Shown: positions 11,109-21,808, counted from the first letter of the stretch. The stretch is DNA of 64,000 bases from Chitinophagaceae bacterium (GCA_016703625.1 JADJBP010000001.1:837129-901128); one strand, 5' to 3'. The notes: generated by a model from the letters alone, not told the origin. A program made the numbers and translations.

Positions 11109-11190
11109 GTCGAGAGTCGAGAGTCAAGAGTCAGGAGTCAGGAGTTGGGAGTTTGAGCAATTTTAAACTCCCAATTCCTAATTCCTAATT
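11107..11190. repeat. Tandem heptamer array (GAGTCNN x7), then a 10-bp hairpin and a CCTAATT repeat
   Basis: gagtcga gagtcga gagtcaa gagtcag gagtcag gagttgg gagtttg (11107..11155). The stem ttgggagttt / aaactcccaa follows, then ttcctaattcctaatt. It sits between convergent genes and overlaps both stop codons. Confidence 0.85.
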
Positions 11191-11740
11191 ACTTCTGCCC
11201 ATACCACCAACCCAGCCAGATACCGGCCAATCCCCACCCGGCAATACTATCGATCAGTTCCCCGGTTAGCACATCCCAGCCAATACTCATCCAGTTGTGG
11301 CCCATATACCAAACAGATAAAAAACTGATTAAGCCAAAAGTAAGCGTAGTAGTGAATACATTATAAAACCGCCGGTCAGTCATTTTCCCGATCACCAGGC
11401 AGCACAGCCACATGCAGACCAGGCAGATGAGAAATGCCCGAATGATAGGCATTACCATATCTATTTTATGGGCTTTGTGGTAATTGATCACAGCCCAGGG
11501 CTTGCCTTCATTCTTCTTCATGAATTCTTCCATTTCACTGTGCGGGGTGCCAACCGGCATATTGGGTAACAAATACTGGCCTTCTTCAGTTAGGCTGTTG
11601 CTGAGAACACTTAGTATACTGTCTTGGGCAGTTGTATGTTTCATGGCTTTTTCGTGAATTCCCATTACCATCCACGATGCAGCTTGCCAGCCAAATAGTA
11701 ATATGGCCCCAACCAGTGAACCAATGATGATTTTTTTCAT
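11189..11740 (-). CDS. Integral membrane protein of unknown function
   Basis: 183-aa ORF with about 4 hydrophobic segments (IIIGSLVGAILLFGW, MPIIRAFLICLVCMWLCCLVIG, ...). No recognisable catalytic motif. Confidence 0.5.
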   Translation of the reverse strand: MKKIIIGSLVGAILLFGWQAASWMVMGIHEKAMKHTTAQDSILSVLSNSLTEEGQYLLPNMPVGTPHSEMEEFMKKNEGKPWAVINYHKAHKIDMVMPIIRAFLICLVCMWLCCLVIGKMTDRRFYNVFTTTLTFGLISFLSVWYMGHNWMSIGWDVLTGELIDSIAGWGLAGIWLGWWYGQK

Positions 11741-11918
11741 ATTGAATGTTTTAGGTTGTGAAAAATAGAAACTTTGTTTTTAAAATGCAAGTGTTTGTTT
11801 TTGGCAAAGGGAAAAAAAGGAGAAATAGAGTTGTGCGTTAGTATACTGTACTATTTTCCTTCTTTTTATCCTTTGACCTCTTAGCCTATTTTAGTTAAGT
11901 TTGTAATAAATTGAAAAC

Positions 11919-13170
11919 ATGATCCAGATCAGCCCCGATAATATTGCCGACCGTTTTATGCGTTATGTACAGATCGATACGCAGAGTGACCCAACCAGTA
12001 CAGCACATCCTACAACTGAAAAGCAGAAAGACCTGGCTAAATTGTTGCTGAAAGAATTGTACGGTATGGGTATAACAGATGCCGGCACCGATGAGTTTGG
12101 ATATGTGTATGCAACTATTCCTTCCAACAGTGATAAAAAAAATATTCCGGTCATTTGTTTTTGCGCCCATGTGGATACAGCGCCTGATTGCAGCGGTACA
12201 AATGTAAAGCCCATACTGCACCGCTATTATGATGGTAAAGATATTGTATTGCCTGATGATCCGTCGCAGGTATTGCGGATGAGTGATTCGCCTTATTTGA
12301 AAAATCATATCAACAGCGGTGTGATCACCACCAGCGGAACCACTTTACTGGGAGCTGATGATAAAAGCGGGTGTGGCGGCTATTATGGAAGCTGCTTTAT
12401 TTTTTGTGCAGAACCCGGCGATAAAACATGGGGCAATTAAAATTTTATTTACACCTGATGAGGAAGTAGGCCAGGGTACTGTCAAAGTGGACATGAAAAA
12501 ACTGGGAGCCAATTTTGGTTATACCCTGGATGGCGGTGAAGCAGGAAGCCTGGAAGATGAAACCTTCAGCGCCGATGGTGCATTAATAACCATCAACGGT
12601 GTTATTACTCATCCCGGTTATGCCAAAGACAAACTGGTAAATGCATTGAAAGTTGCAGGTGCTGTGCTGGATGCTTTACCAAAAACAGCATGGAGCCCGG
12701 AAACAACAGAAAAAAGAGAAGGTTTTGTGCACCCTACATCGGTTAATGGGATTGCTGAAAAAGCAACCATACAATTTATTGTAAGGGATTTTACATTGGC
12801 CGGGTTACAACAGCATCATGAACGCCTGGAAAAAATAGCGGCAGAAACGGTTGCAAAATTCCCCGGGGCTGTAATGGAATATGTTTTACAGGAACAGTAC
12901 CGCAACATGAAAGAAGTACTGGACAAATACCCCCAGGTTGCCGCATATGCCGAAGAAGCCATACAGCGTGCAGGGTTAACCGTTAAAAAGGAAAGTATCC
13001 GTGGGGGAACCGATGGCAGCCGCTTCAGTTATATCGGGATGCCCTGCCCCAATATTTTTACCGGTATGCAGAATATACACAGCAAATTGGAATGGATCGG
13101 AACAAAGGATATGGCCAAAGCGGCAGAAACGATTGTGCACCTGGCGATGATCTGGGAGGAGAAGAGTTGA
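11919..13170 (+). pseudogene. pepT: Peptidase T (tripeptide aminopeptidase), frame broken in an A4 run
   Basis: ORF 11919..12440 (RFMRYVQIDTQSDPTS...LLGADDK) and ORF 12358..13170 (AGVAAIMEA...FTPDEEVG...) together form PepT. Dropping one A of 12363..12366 gives GADDKAGVAAIMEA. Confidence 0.85.
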
Positions 13171-13180
13171 TCACCGGTAG

Positions 13181-14215
13181 TTATTTTTTACCCTTCCTGT
13201 CATATCCGGTATACCACTCGGAAAAAACTTCCAGTTTGGAAAGGTTATTGGTATACCAGGCATTGTAATCTTCGGGGTAAGCTGACTGGGCTATGTAATA
13301 ACAAAAGGATGCCGTATGGTTCTTTTTTGCAAGGTCATAAAAAAATGGCACATAAAAATCCCACCAAAAACCACGGTTATTTTTTTTCAGTTCCCCCAAA
13401 ATGGTAAAAAACGAATGGCTGTTTTCGGCAAACAGTTCCATGTATGACTTGTTTTTATTGGCTTCATTCATCTTGCCGGCTTCCAGGATACCCAGCATCA
13501 ATTCAGCAGTATAGAATTCATCATCTTCCTTTTTTTTACCGGGTACCGTAATGGATGTTGATTTTTCATTTTCTTTCTTCACGCCGGTTTTTAATTGTTC
13601 CTGCAATAAACTCCAGGCTGTGGCCGACCGGTTGGATTTTGTTTCAAGCATTAAAAAATTGTACAGGGCCGGTATACTTTTTACGCGTTGCTCCTGCAGC
13701 GCCATTACATTACCGATTAATAAATGACTGCTTGCGTGTGCCGGGTTTAAGATCAAAGATTTTCCAGGCACGGTATGAACCCGTATGATCCTTTATATTG
13801 ACAAAGGTTAAGGCAAGGTTATAATACAATAAATGGTTGTCCGGGCATTTTTTAATCCTGCTTTATAAACCAGTATGGCATCCTGCTTTTTTCCGGCATG
13901 ATCCAGCGCAGTGCCTTTAACGATATATGCCTGGTCGGCAAAATCCGAGTTTGCTGCGATCACTTTATTGCTGTGTGAAATGGCGCCGGGGTAATTTTTC
14001 AGGGCAAGGTAAGTTGAGGCCATTTCATAATTTGCAAATGCCGATCCGGGGTTTAACTTCAATGCTTTTTTATATAATCCAACTGCACCTTCATAATCTC
14101 CTTTATCATGTAATTCAATTCCCTTATTTACAAGATCAGTGATGGCGGCTTCCTGTGCATAAACACCCGCATACAGTAAAATACAAAGCAGTAATAATGT
14201 TATTGTTTTTCTCAT
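13181..14215 (-). pseudogene. Secreted TPR-repeat protein split into two ORFs (about 2 frame changes)
   Basis: ORF 13808..14215 has a signal peptide and TPRs and ends ...AGLKNARTTIYCIITLP*. Adding one base to T6 run 13848..13853 gives GLKKCPDNHLLYYNLALTFVNIKDHTG. A second shift at about 13772..13795 is needed to reach ORF 13181..13771 (KSLILNPAHASSHLLIGNV...). Confidence 0.5.
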
Positions 14216-14227
14216 GCGACCTTTTTT

Positions 14228-14704
14228 CTAAAACGTTTTAAGGAAACTCTTTTCAAGAAACTTCCTGTATTTCTTCTTTAGTTTAAAATTATTTTTAGGA
14301 TCATCACAATAGGCCAGTACCAATTTGCAGGCCTGATGTTCAATACGCATGGGGTTAACAGCTTCTGCTTTGTTCTCCAGGCTGTATTTTGTCATGGCAG
14401 CTACGAATAAACTCAGCAGGTTCCTGTCATTACTGATATCCAGAACAACACCCTGCATATAAAAACTGTAATCTTTGGTACCCGTTACCCAGTTTGATAA
14501 AAATTGCAGGGCCCCCGACCTGCCTGCATCAATCTCAATAAAAGGCGTGGTGAGTATAAAGGTTGCTGCTGATAAGGCCAGTGGTTCTGTTTCCCTGTAA
14601 TCAGAAGGTTTTTCCAGTTTAATATCCTGGTAGGGATAAACGGTCTGGCAGACAGCCGTCTTATAGAAGAAAATAAAGCATATAAAAAATAAGAATTTAT
14701 TCAT
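14228..14704 (-). CDS. Hypothetical secreted protein
   Basis: Internal ATG at 14704 gives MNKFLFFICFIFFYKTAVCQ (signal peptide). The longer 14869 start lacks one. No recognisable domain. Confidence 0.5.
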   Translation of the reverse strand: MNKFLFFICFIFFYKTAVCQTVYPYQDIKLEKPSDYRETEPLALSAATFILTTPFIEIDAGRSGALQFLSNWVTGTKDYSFYMQGVVLDISNDRNLLSLFVAAMTKYSLENKAEAVNPMRIEHQACKLVLAYCDDPKNNFKLKKKYRKFLEKSFLKTF

Positions 14705-15405
14705 GATCAATAATTTGATTCCGGCAATTGATTTAAACCAGGTCAACAAAATGTAAAGCTCACCTTGTACTTTTGGTATTTTAGTACATGTTATAAAAAG
14801 CGGAACCTGTAAACCAGTGCATAAAATTACATTAAATCTGTAACCGAAAATAACAAAGCTACAATGCACCCTGTTGGTGAACTGTGCCCGGCTTATTTCC
14901 AGTAACTTAATTTTTAAGCTCTCCTCCAGGTAACCTGTGAATTAAAAAGTAAAACGCCTGTTTTCAATCTGGCCAGTTTTACTCATTTTGAAAAAGCGAA
15001 TTTTCCTTTACGGATAATCTTATTTTAAATTCCAACCCCTTGGTTTTCGAATCATTAATAACACCGGATCTTAAAAAATCTTATAGTATTTGGTGGGGAC
15101 TTGCCTGGTCAAAATAGGAAAATATTATTAAATATGCAATTCATTGATTTATAAATATTTACGAAACATAATAAAGGAACGGTTACTTAAAAACGCAGGA
15201 TGAGGTAAATGGTGAACGATCTTTCCTCATTATTACAACAGTGCGCCGGCAGAATAGCCGTCTTTTAATTTGTAAATACGCAACTGTTTTTCATTTCTGA
15301 TGGTCTGACTATTTAAGAGGAAGCCTGAATTTGGATACTTTTTTTAACCTAAACAATAATAATTTGAAACATTTAATTAAATCCCGTTTTATTAAACATG
15401 CTTCG

Positions 15406-15615
15406 ATGCTGTGTTTTTTAATGGTAACAGGCGCAATAGCCCTGGCACAGGACAGTACCGTTACATCAGCTAAAACTTCAACAGCTACAACCGAAACAAC
15501 TACCTGGTATGCCGAACCATGGGTATGGGCTGTGGGCGGATTGGTATTAATATTGGTGATTGTGGCACTGGTGAAGGGGAAACAGTGGCGGCAGCAGCAG
15601 CGGCCGTACAGATAA
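15406..15615 (+). CDS. Small secreted/anchored membrane protein (69 aa)
   Basis: MLCFLMVTGAIALAQ signal, a Thr/Ser-rich linker, then the TM segment WVWAVGGLVLILVIVALV. It is a paralogue of the convergent ORF 15719..15901. Confidence 0.4.
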   Translation: MLCFLMVTGAIALAQDSTVTSAKTSTATTETTTWYAEPWVWAVGGLVLILVIVALVKGKQWRQQQRPYR

Positions 15616-15666
15616 AGTAACGGTCACAAAACAACTTCATCTGATGTAAATTAGATTTGATCCGGA

Positions 15667-15705
15667 GCATTAAAAAAGCCTTGCATTGCAAGGCTTTTTT
15701 AATGC
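15667..15705. terminator. Bidirectional intrinsic terminator (perfect 19-bp stem)
   Basis: gcattaaaaaagccttgca t tgcaaggcttttttaatgc. A/T runs lie on both sides of the GC core, between two convergent small ORFs. Confidence 0.75.
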
Positions 15706-15718
15706 TGTTCATTTCTAT

Positions 15719-15901
15719 TTAATTTTTAGAACTGTTATTACGCAGCAGTGCTACCAGCAATAAAATGAAAACAGCACCGCCAACAATAATCCATATCCAG
15801 TACTTCTCAAAGAAATTACCGCCCTTTATCCGGGTTGGTATTGATGTCGATTGTCTACTTTTTTTCTCCTGGGCAAACCCGATCAGGGAAAACAGGGTCA
15901 T
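15719..15901 (-). CDS. Small membrane protein (60 aa), paralogue of 15406..15615
   Basis: MTLFSLIGFAQ..., then the TM segment YWIWIIVGGAVFILLLVALL. This is the same W-x-W-x-x-GG-x-V-x-IL-x-x-VAL pattern as its neighbour. The start is uncertain. Confidence 0.4.
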   Translation of the reverse strand: MTLFSLIGFAQEKKSRQSTSIPTRIKGGNFFEKYWIWIIVGGAVFILLLVALLRNNSSKN

Positions 15902-16209
15902 GGCAATATCATTGCTGCCCTGTCACACGTTTTTTTTACATGTGCTGTAATAAATTGTTTCATAATGTTAGATGTTGATTTAATAATACCTGTGGGGTAA
16001 ATATCATGCCAACATGACTTACATTATTTTTGAGTACAGTTATTCTTTTACATTTTTGGGTCAGCGCACCGGGTTTACCGGACTTTTTTAAGGGCAATTT
16101 GTATAGTTTCTTTTTTTATTTATATAATTAACATTTTTTAAAAAAGGGAGTAAATAATAAATATCTGCTGATTTATCTGGCTCACGCATGATGTATCCTG
16201 TATACTGCC

Positions 16210-18231
16210 CTATTGTTTGGTTTTAGGATTTAAAAATACTGGATCTGGGAGTTGGGTATTGTTATTGGCTGGGTTCATGGCTGTTTTTTTTTCATCTTCA
16301 ATAACTGCACTCATGTCTTTTACTATATCTTCATCAGTAGCTACGATTCCCCTGTTTTCGGCAGCGTAGATCAAATTACCGTTTTTACCTATTACAAATT
16401 TCCTGGGAATGCCCTCCACTTTATAATCTTTTACTGTTTTATTATGTACATCAAACAATACATTAAAACTGTATTTATTTTCCTGCATATATACAGCAAT
16501 TTCCTTTTCCTTTTTTTCAGACAGATCATTTTCCCAGGTATCAATAAAAAGAAAAACAACATCCGGGTCATTTGCATATTTATTCACCAGATCCTGCATG
16601 GCCGGAAACGTAGCTTTGCAGGGTGCACACCAGGTTGCCCAAAAATCAAGAACCACGATTTTATTTTTTAATGCAGACAGTGTTACTGTTTCGCCTTTCA
16701 TATTTTTCAGTGAAAAATCAGGTGACTTTAATGTTCCATAAACAGACTTAATAGACGCTTCATTTTTTTGCCTTGCAAGCATCAGCGATATTTCCTGCAG
16801 CCTGCTAAACTCATCTTCGGGAAGGTTTAATTGATTATAGATAGATCCCAATTGCTGCATCATTACCGGCGACTTTACACCCGATAGTAATTTTGTTTCA
16901 GGAACTGCCTTGTAAATGCAGTGCCTTTGCTTTTCGGCATAGGGAAGCATAGCGTTCCATGCCACCTGTATTCAATTCCTTGCCCTGCCTGCTCACCAGG
17001 TCCTGGTAATAAAAAGCAGAATCGGTTTGCCCCAGCTTATACATGATGCATGCGTAAGTATCATAAAAACTAAAATGGGTATCTTTCATTCCTTCATAAG
17101 CACTTACATCCATATTCGCGGAATCTTTCAGCATCTCCCCACTGTAATGTATCGACCTTGCTATGGCTTTTTTTAGCATGTTGCAGGTAATTTTCTGAGA
17201 TATCATTTTGCTTGCTGATCACCCGCCAGGTATAAAAATTGTACAGGTATGCTGTACGTATCTTTTCAGTAACCAATTGTTCATAGGGTAAAGCAGCAGC
17301 CCAGTTTGAATCCTGTATGCAGGTAGAAATAAATGCATTGTAAAAAACGTCCCTGGTTTTTGAAGAACTGTCATTAAACCTTTGCTATACTCATCCAAAG
17401 CTGCAAGCATTGCTCTGTTCCTTTTATCATTTTTTTGGTAATAATTGTTCCAGAATTTTCTTTGGCTCTTTTGCCATTGGGAAAGGCAATATCAATTTTA
17501 TCATCAACAACTTTTTTTCATCACCCATTTTAACCTGCTGTAAATACGTGCAGCTTTTGTCCATTTTTACTTCATCATTTTTAGCCTGCAGTAACAGGTT
17601 GGCATGATCAAGCAAAAGGCTGCCTGCCGGTTTTTTCGTTTTCGGCATACCGGAGAAAAAGATATTCGAGGTAAGGATTTTCTTTTTTTAATTCCGGGTG
17701 CAATTGATAACTGTCTTCATACATTTTGATAAGTGCCTGGCTGGATCTGCTTTTTAAGGCAAGTTCATAAACCGCATAATCATCCAGTAACCCGGCCAGG
17801 TCTGTTTTTTCGTAATTAAACCGTTTACCCTCTTTATTATGTAAGTAAATGATATATCCGTTTTCGTTATTGTTGTCAAATATTATTTTCTTTTCCATCA
17901 CCAGGCTGTTTTTTACCGGTATTATTTTACCGGGTACTATAATACTGAACATTAATACCGATGTAGAATCCGGCGCTTTAAAGGTAAACCGGTATGAATC
18001 AGCCACTTTATTTACCCGGATGGTTTTGGTGAAAAACTGCTCATTTGTTTGATACACAACCATCGCCTGTATGATGCCGGGAACCATAATATTTTTTGGT
18101 GGTTGATACAGGTACATATTGGAAACTCCTGCTTTCGGTTTTGGCTCCAGGGATCTGATGCTGCCCTGGTTTTGGGCACTGCATATTGAAAAAATAAATA
18201 ACCCTGCAATGGACAATATGTTTTTTTTCAT
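16210..18231 (-). pseudogene. TlpA/ResA-like thiol:disulfide oxidoreductase with a long N-terminal domain, fragmented by at least 6 frame changes
   Basis: Six overlapping minus-strand ORFs tile the region without gaps (17608..18279, 17427..17648, 17219..17410, 17094..17276, 16898..17206, 16210..16965). The first has signal peptide MKKNILSIAGLFIFSICSAQ. The last has the thioredoxin fold VVLDFWATWCAPCK. Junctions fall at T6/T7 runs 17631..17636, 17512..17518, 17430..17436 and 17168..17174. Confidence 0.75.
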
Positions 18232-18537
18232 CGGGAATTTATTAATTTGTTCGAAAAGAAATGGATGATCAATACTCAATCCACATTAAGTGAATTCAGC
18301 AAATAGCAGGTAACAATGTATAGCCGGTTTAAGATACAAGGTATACGATTATTTTTATAAATGTCCACAAGGATAAGATTGGCAATTTGTTAAGCCAATC
18401 CCAGGCTACTTTCAACGAAAGATTTATTAAACCCCTGAATGCTATGATCATAAAACGGCTTGCCTGAACAAAGCAACTCAAAGATTTCCTGCCCGGAACT
18501 TATTTTTTTTATATCTTCATCAACTAAACCAATAAAT

Positions 18538-19464
18538 ATGGAGTTTTTACAACAATACTGGTGGGTAATCGTTTTGGTGCTCGCCTTATTAGGGTGCTTT
18601 GTAACCGTTAACCAGGGTTTTATCGGCGTGGTAACCATGTTTGGTAAATACCGTCGTATCATGCGGCCGGGACTGAATTTCAAGATCCCTTTCCTGGAGC
18701 AGATATTTAAAAAAGTAAGTATCCAGAACCGTTCGGTAGAACTGGAGTTCCAGGCAGTAACCGTTGACCAGGCGAATGTATATTTTAAATCGATGCTCTT
18801 GTATTCGGTACAGAACGAACAGGAAGAAACCATTCAGAAAGTGGCGTTTAAATTCATCAGCGATAAAGACCTGATGCAGGCCTTGATACGTACTGTTGAG
18901 GGAAGTATCCGTGCTTTTGTTTCTACCAAAAGGCAGGCAGAGGTTTTAAACGTACGCCGGGACATTGTTGAAAATGTAAAGGAACAGGTTGACGTAGCCC
19001 TGGAAGGCTGGGGTTATCACTTACAGGATCTACAGATCAATGACATCACTTTTGATGAAGCTATCATTACCAGTATGAGCAAAGTGGTTGCATCAAATAA
19101 CTTAAAGGCAGCGGCTGAAAATGAGGGCCAGGCACTCTTAATTACCAAAACCAAGGCAGCCGAAGCAGAGGGTAATGCCATCAAGATCGCAGCAGAAGCA
19201 GAAAGACTGGCAGCCCAGTTACGTGGACAGGGTGTGGCGCTGTTCCGGGAAGAAGTGGCCAAGGGTATGAGCCAGGCTGCAACTGAAATGAAACAGGCCA
19301 ACCTCGATACCAATGTGATCCTTTTCAGCATGTGGGTGGAAGCCATCAAGAATTTTGCCGAATATGGAAAGGGAAATGTGATCTTCCTGGATGGCGGCAG
19401 CGATGGTATGGAAAGAACCATGAAACAGATCATGGCCATGCAGCAACTGGAATCGAAAAAATAG
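18538..19464 (+). CDS. SPFH/band-7 (stomatin/prohibitin-like) membrane protein
   Basis: MEFLQQYWWVIVLVLALLGCF TM segment, then VNQGFIGVVTMFGKYRRIMRPGLNFKIPFLE (SPFH pattern). The C-terminal half is Ala/Glu-rich coiled coil. Confidence 0.85.
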   Translation: MEFLQQYWWVIVLVLALLGCFVTVNQGFIGVVTMFGKYRRIMRPGLNFKIPFLEQIFKKVSIQNRSVELEFQAVTVDQANVYFKSMLLYSVQNEQEETIQKVAFKFISDKDLMQALIRTVEGSIRAFVSTKRQAEVLNVRRDIVENVKEQVDVALEGWGYHLQDLQINDITFDEAIITSMSKVVASNNLKAAAENEGQALLITKTKAAEAEGNAIKIAAEAERLAAQLRGQGVALFREEVAKGMSQAATEMKQANLDTNVILFSMWVEAIKNFAEYGKGNVIFLDGGSDGMERTMKQIMAMQQLESKK

Positions 19465-19487
19465 CCTGTTGATAAAACATAATTTCC

Positions 19488-19511
19488 GCCCCGGTTTACC
19501 GGGGCTTTTTT
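19488..19511 (+). terminator. Intrinsic terminator
   Basis: gccccgg ttta ccggggc followed by tttttt, 24 nt after the SPFH stop. Confidence 0.8.
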
Positions 19512-19646
19512 ATTTTATGGAATTATAAATCGCAAGATTAACATTTTGTTATGCAGCTATTGTAAATTTGTTTCGTTTCATTGCATAACTGAATAGTTTT
19601 GGCATAATTATAGCGCAGCTAACTTTACAAATCAAACCCGGCATAC

Positions 19647-20321
19647 ATGTTTACTATTTTATTACAGTTCGACAGCACAGCTATCACCACATCACCGGCA
19701 GGAGACGAATCCCTGTTCTCATTATTGGTAAAGGGAGGAGTATTAATGATACCCCTGGCTATTTTTATGGCCATGGCGATCTTTTTCTTTATTGAAAGGT
19801 TGATCGCCATCCGCAAAGCCAGTAAGATCGAGGATAATTTTATGAACATCATCCGCGATCATATCATCTCCGGTAATATTACCGCAGCTGCCAGCCTGGC
19901 CAAGAATACACATCACCCGGTAGCCAAAATGATCGACAAAGGGATCAAGCGTATTGGTAAACCGATTGATGCCATTGAAAAAAGCATGGATAATATTGGC
20001 AAACTGGAGATCTATAAAATGGAAAGGAACCTGCCGGTACTCTCCGTAATTGCACGCATTGCCCCTTTGTTTGGTTTTGTGGGTACCATCATTGGCCTGG
20101 TAATGTTGCTGCGGGATTTTGCTACCGCAACCAATCCTTCCATTACCGATATTGCCGATGCCATGTATGTAAAGATGATCACTTCTGCAACAGGACTTAT
20201 CATTGGTATGCTTTCGTTTTTGGGATACAGTTACCTGAATACACAGATCGATAAAACGGTGCATAAAATGGAATCGGCAAGTGCTGATTTTATTGATATT
20301 TTACAGGAACCAACGAGGTAG
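19647..20321 (+). CDS. exbB: MotA/TolQ/ExbB proton-channel family protein
   Basis: Three TM segments and the characteristic LSVIARIAPLFGFVGTIIGLV...A..MYVKMITSATGLIIG pattern. Confidence 0.85.
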   Translation: MFTILLQFDSTAITTSPAGDESLFSLLVKGGVLMIPLAIFMAMAIFFFIERLIAIRKASKIEDNFMNIIRDHIISGNITAAASLAKNTHHPVAKMIDKGIKRIGKPIDAIEKSMDNIGKLEIYKMERNLPVLSVIARIAPLFGFVGTIIGLVMLLRDFATATNPSITDIADAMYVKMITSATGLIIGMLSFLGYSYLNTQIDKTVHKMESASADFIDILQEPTR

Positions 20322-20326
20322 GTAAC

Positions 20327-20382
20327 TGGTTAATATGTTAATACGTTAATCCGTTGATACGTTAATTGGTTTATTGGTTTTT
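20327..20382. repeat. Tandem octamer array (NNGTTAAT x7) filling the exbB-exbD spacer
   Basis: tggttaat atgttaat acgttaat ccgttgat acgttaat tggtttat tggttttt. Confidence 0.85.
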
Positions 20383-20407
20383 TGGTAAGACAAGTAGAAA
20401 TTATAAT

Positions 20408-20812
20408 ATGAGTTTAAAAAAACGTTTACGGGATAATCATAACGAAGTGGATGCTGGTCCGCTCAATGATGTGCTGTTTATTTTATTGATGTTCTTCCTG
20501 CTGGTATCCACTTTGGCCAACCCCAACGTGGTCAAGGTTTCAAATCCAAAGGGTAAGAGTGATACAAAAGTGAGCCAGAATATTGTGGTAACGGTTACCA
20601 AAGATCAGAAAGTTTTTATCGGTACGCAGCAGATCGATATGATGTACATTGACTCATTGCTTAAAAAGGAAGTAGAGAATAATAAAAAATATATAGATAC
20701 CCCAACTGTTGTCCTCAATATTGATACCGCTGCTTTCTACGGCCAGGCCTTTAAGATCATGGAAGCGGCAAAAAGGGCAAAAGCAAAACTGGCAGCCAAT
20801 ATCAAGCAGTAA
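20408..20812 (+). CDS. exbD: ExbD/TolR biopolymer transport protein
   Basis: MSLKKRLRDNHNEVDAGPLNDVLFILLMFFLLVSTL (ExbD N-terminal TM pattern), followed by a periplasmic domain. Confidence 0.8.
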   Translation: MSLKKRLRDNHNEVDAGPLNDVLFILLMFFLLVSTLANPNVVKVSNPKGKSDTKVSQNIVVTVTKDQKVFIGTQQIDMMYIDSLLKKEVENNKKYIDTPTVVLNIDTAAFYGQAFKIMEAAKRAKAKLAANIKQ

Positions 20813-21665
20813 CCAGTATCATCCGTTCCTTACCGTATAGGTCTTTTTTTATCATCACCGTTTGATAATCTTTCCGGAACAGGTCCGCCGTTTCATGGGC
20901 ACGGTCCTCGTGTGTTTCGAGGTATATTTTTCCATTGGACAATAAATGGTCTTTACCGAACGCAGCAATTTTTTCATAAAAGATCAATGGTGAACCGTCA
21001 GGCACAAAAAGCGCCAGGTGCGGTTCAAAGCCTTTAACCCGTTCTTCCATTTTATCTTTTTCCTGAACCGGTATGTATGGAGGATTGCTGATGATGATGT
21101 CGTACATGGGAAGCGACTTCCAGTTTGATTCATTTAAAAAATCGAGCTCTGTAAATGTGATCTGCGCATGATGCATGGCTGCATTTTCTGTTGCCAGTAA
21201 CAGCGCATCCCGGCTGATATCAATACCGGAAATTTTGGATGCCGGTAAATTTTTCTTAATGGCAATCGAAATGCATCCGCTGCCGGTTCCAATATCCAGG
21301 ATGGCAGGATCGGTAAGCTTTGATTTCCGGTCTTTGATCAGTTGTTCAACCAGTTCTTCGGTTTCGGGCCGCGGGATCAGTACATGTTCATTCACTTTCA
21401 GTTTCATATTGTAAAACCAGGCTTCGCCCAATACATATTGTACAGGTTTATGCAACAGCAGTTCCTGCAGTGTTTTTTGTACCAGGTTGCCGGCAACCGG
21501 TGTAATCATTTTCCCGGGGTCCTTTAAGATATCTGTACGTTTCAGCGATGCCGTTTTTTCAAATACCCAGTCGGTTATGGCCGTAGCTTCACCCAGGCTG
21601 TATATTTTCTGCAGTTGAACTAAAAAATTCCGGTATAGCTCTTTTAACGTCATGACAGCAAACAT
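20802..21665 (-). CDS. prmC: Release-factor glutamine N5-methyltransferase
   Basis: VNEHVLIPRPETEELV, ILDIGTGSGCISIAI and IISNPPYIP motifs. Confidence 0.9.
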   Translation of the reverse strand: MFAVMTLKELYRNFLVQLQKIYSLGEATAITDWVFEKTASLKRTDILKDPGKMITPVAGNLVQKTLQELLLHKPVQYVLGEAWFYNMKLKVNEHVLIPRPETEELVEQLIKDRKSKLTDPAILDIGTGSGCISIAIKKNLPASKISGIDISRDALLLATENAAMHHAQITFTELDFLNESNWKSLPMYDIIISNPPYIPVQEKDKMEERVKGFEPHLALFVPDGSPLIFYEKIAAFGKDHLLSNGKIYLETHEDRAHETADLFRKDYQTVMIKKDLYGKERMILVTA

Positions 21666-21808
21666 ACTGATTCGCTGATTGATTTAATGAATTAAGTAAT
21701 ATGGATTTTGATTAACGCAATCTTCAGGAAATAATTGCCCGGTTATATTGTACAGGCAGTTTGTTTTTTGATGCGTATTTTTGTTGCTTGTCAGAACATG
21801 AACTATAT

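Noticed and set aside
14870-15405. 535-nt non-coding gap as a hiding place for an RNA gene
   Set aside because: No tRNA-like cloverleaf, no extended conserved-looking helices and no ORF with a plausible start were seen. Only a 6-bp hairpin near 15200 is present. There is not enough evidence to call anything.
21666-21808. Possible FMN riboswitch upstream of ribD
   Set aside because: I could not find the conserved RFN core (GC-rich multi-stem junction) in this AT-rich 140-nt spacer. The region instead holds a weak 8-mer repeat. A covariance-model scan would be needed to be certain.
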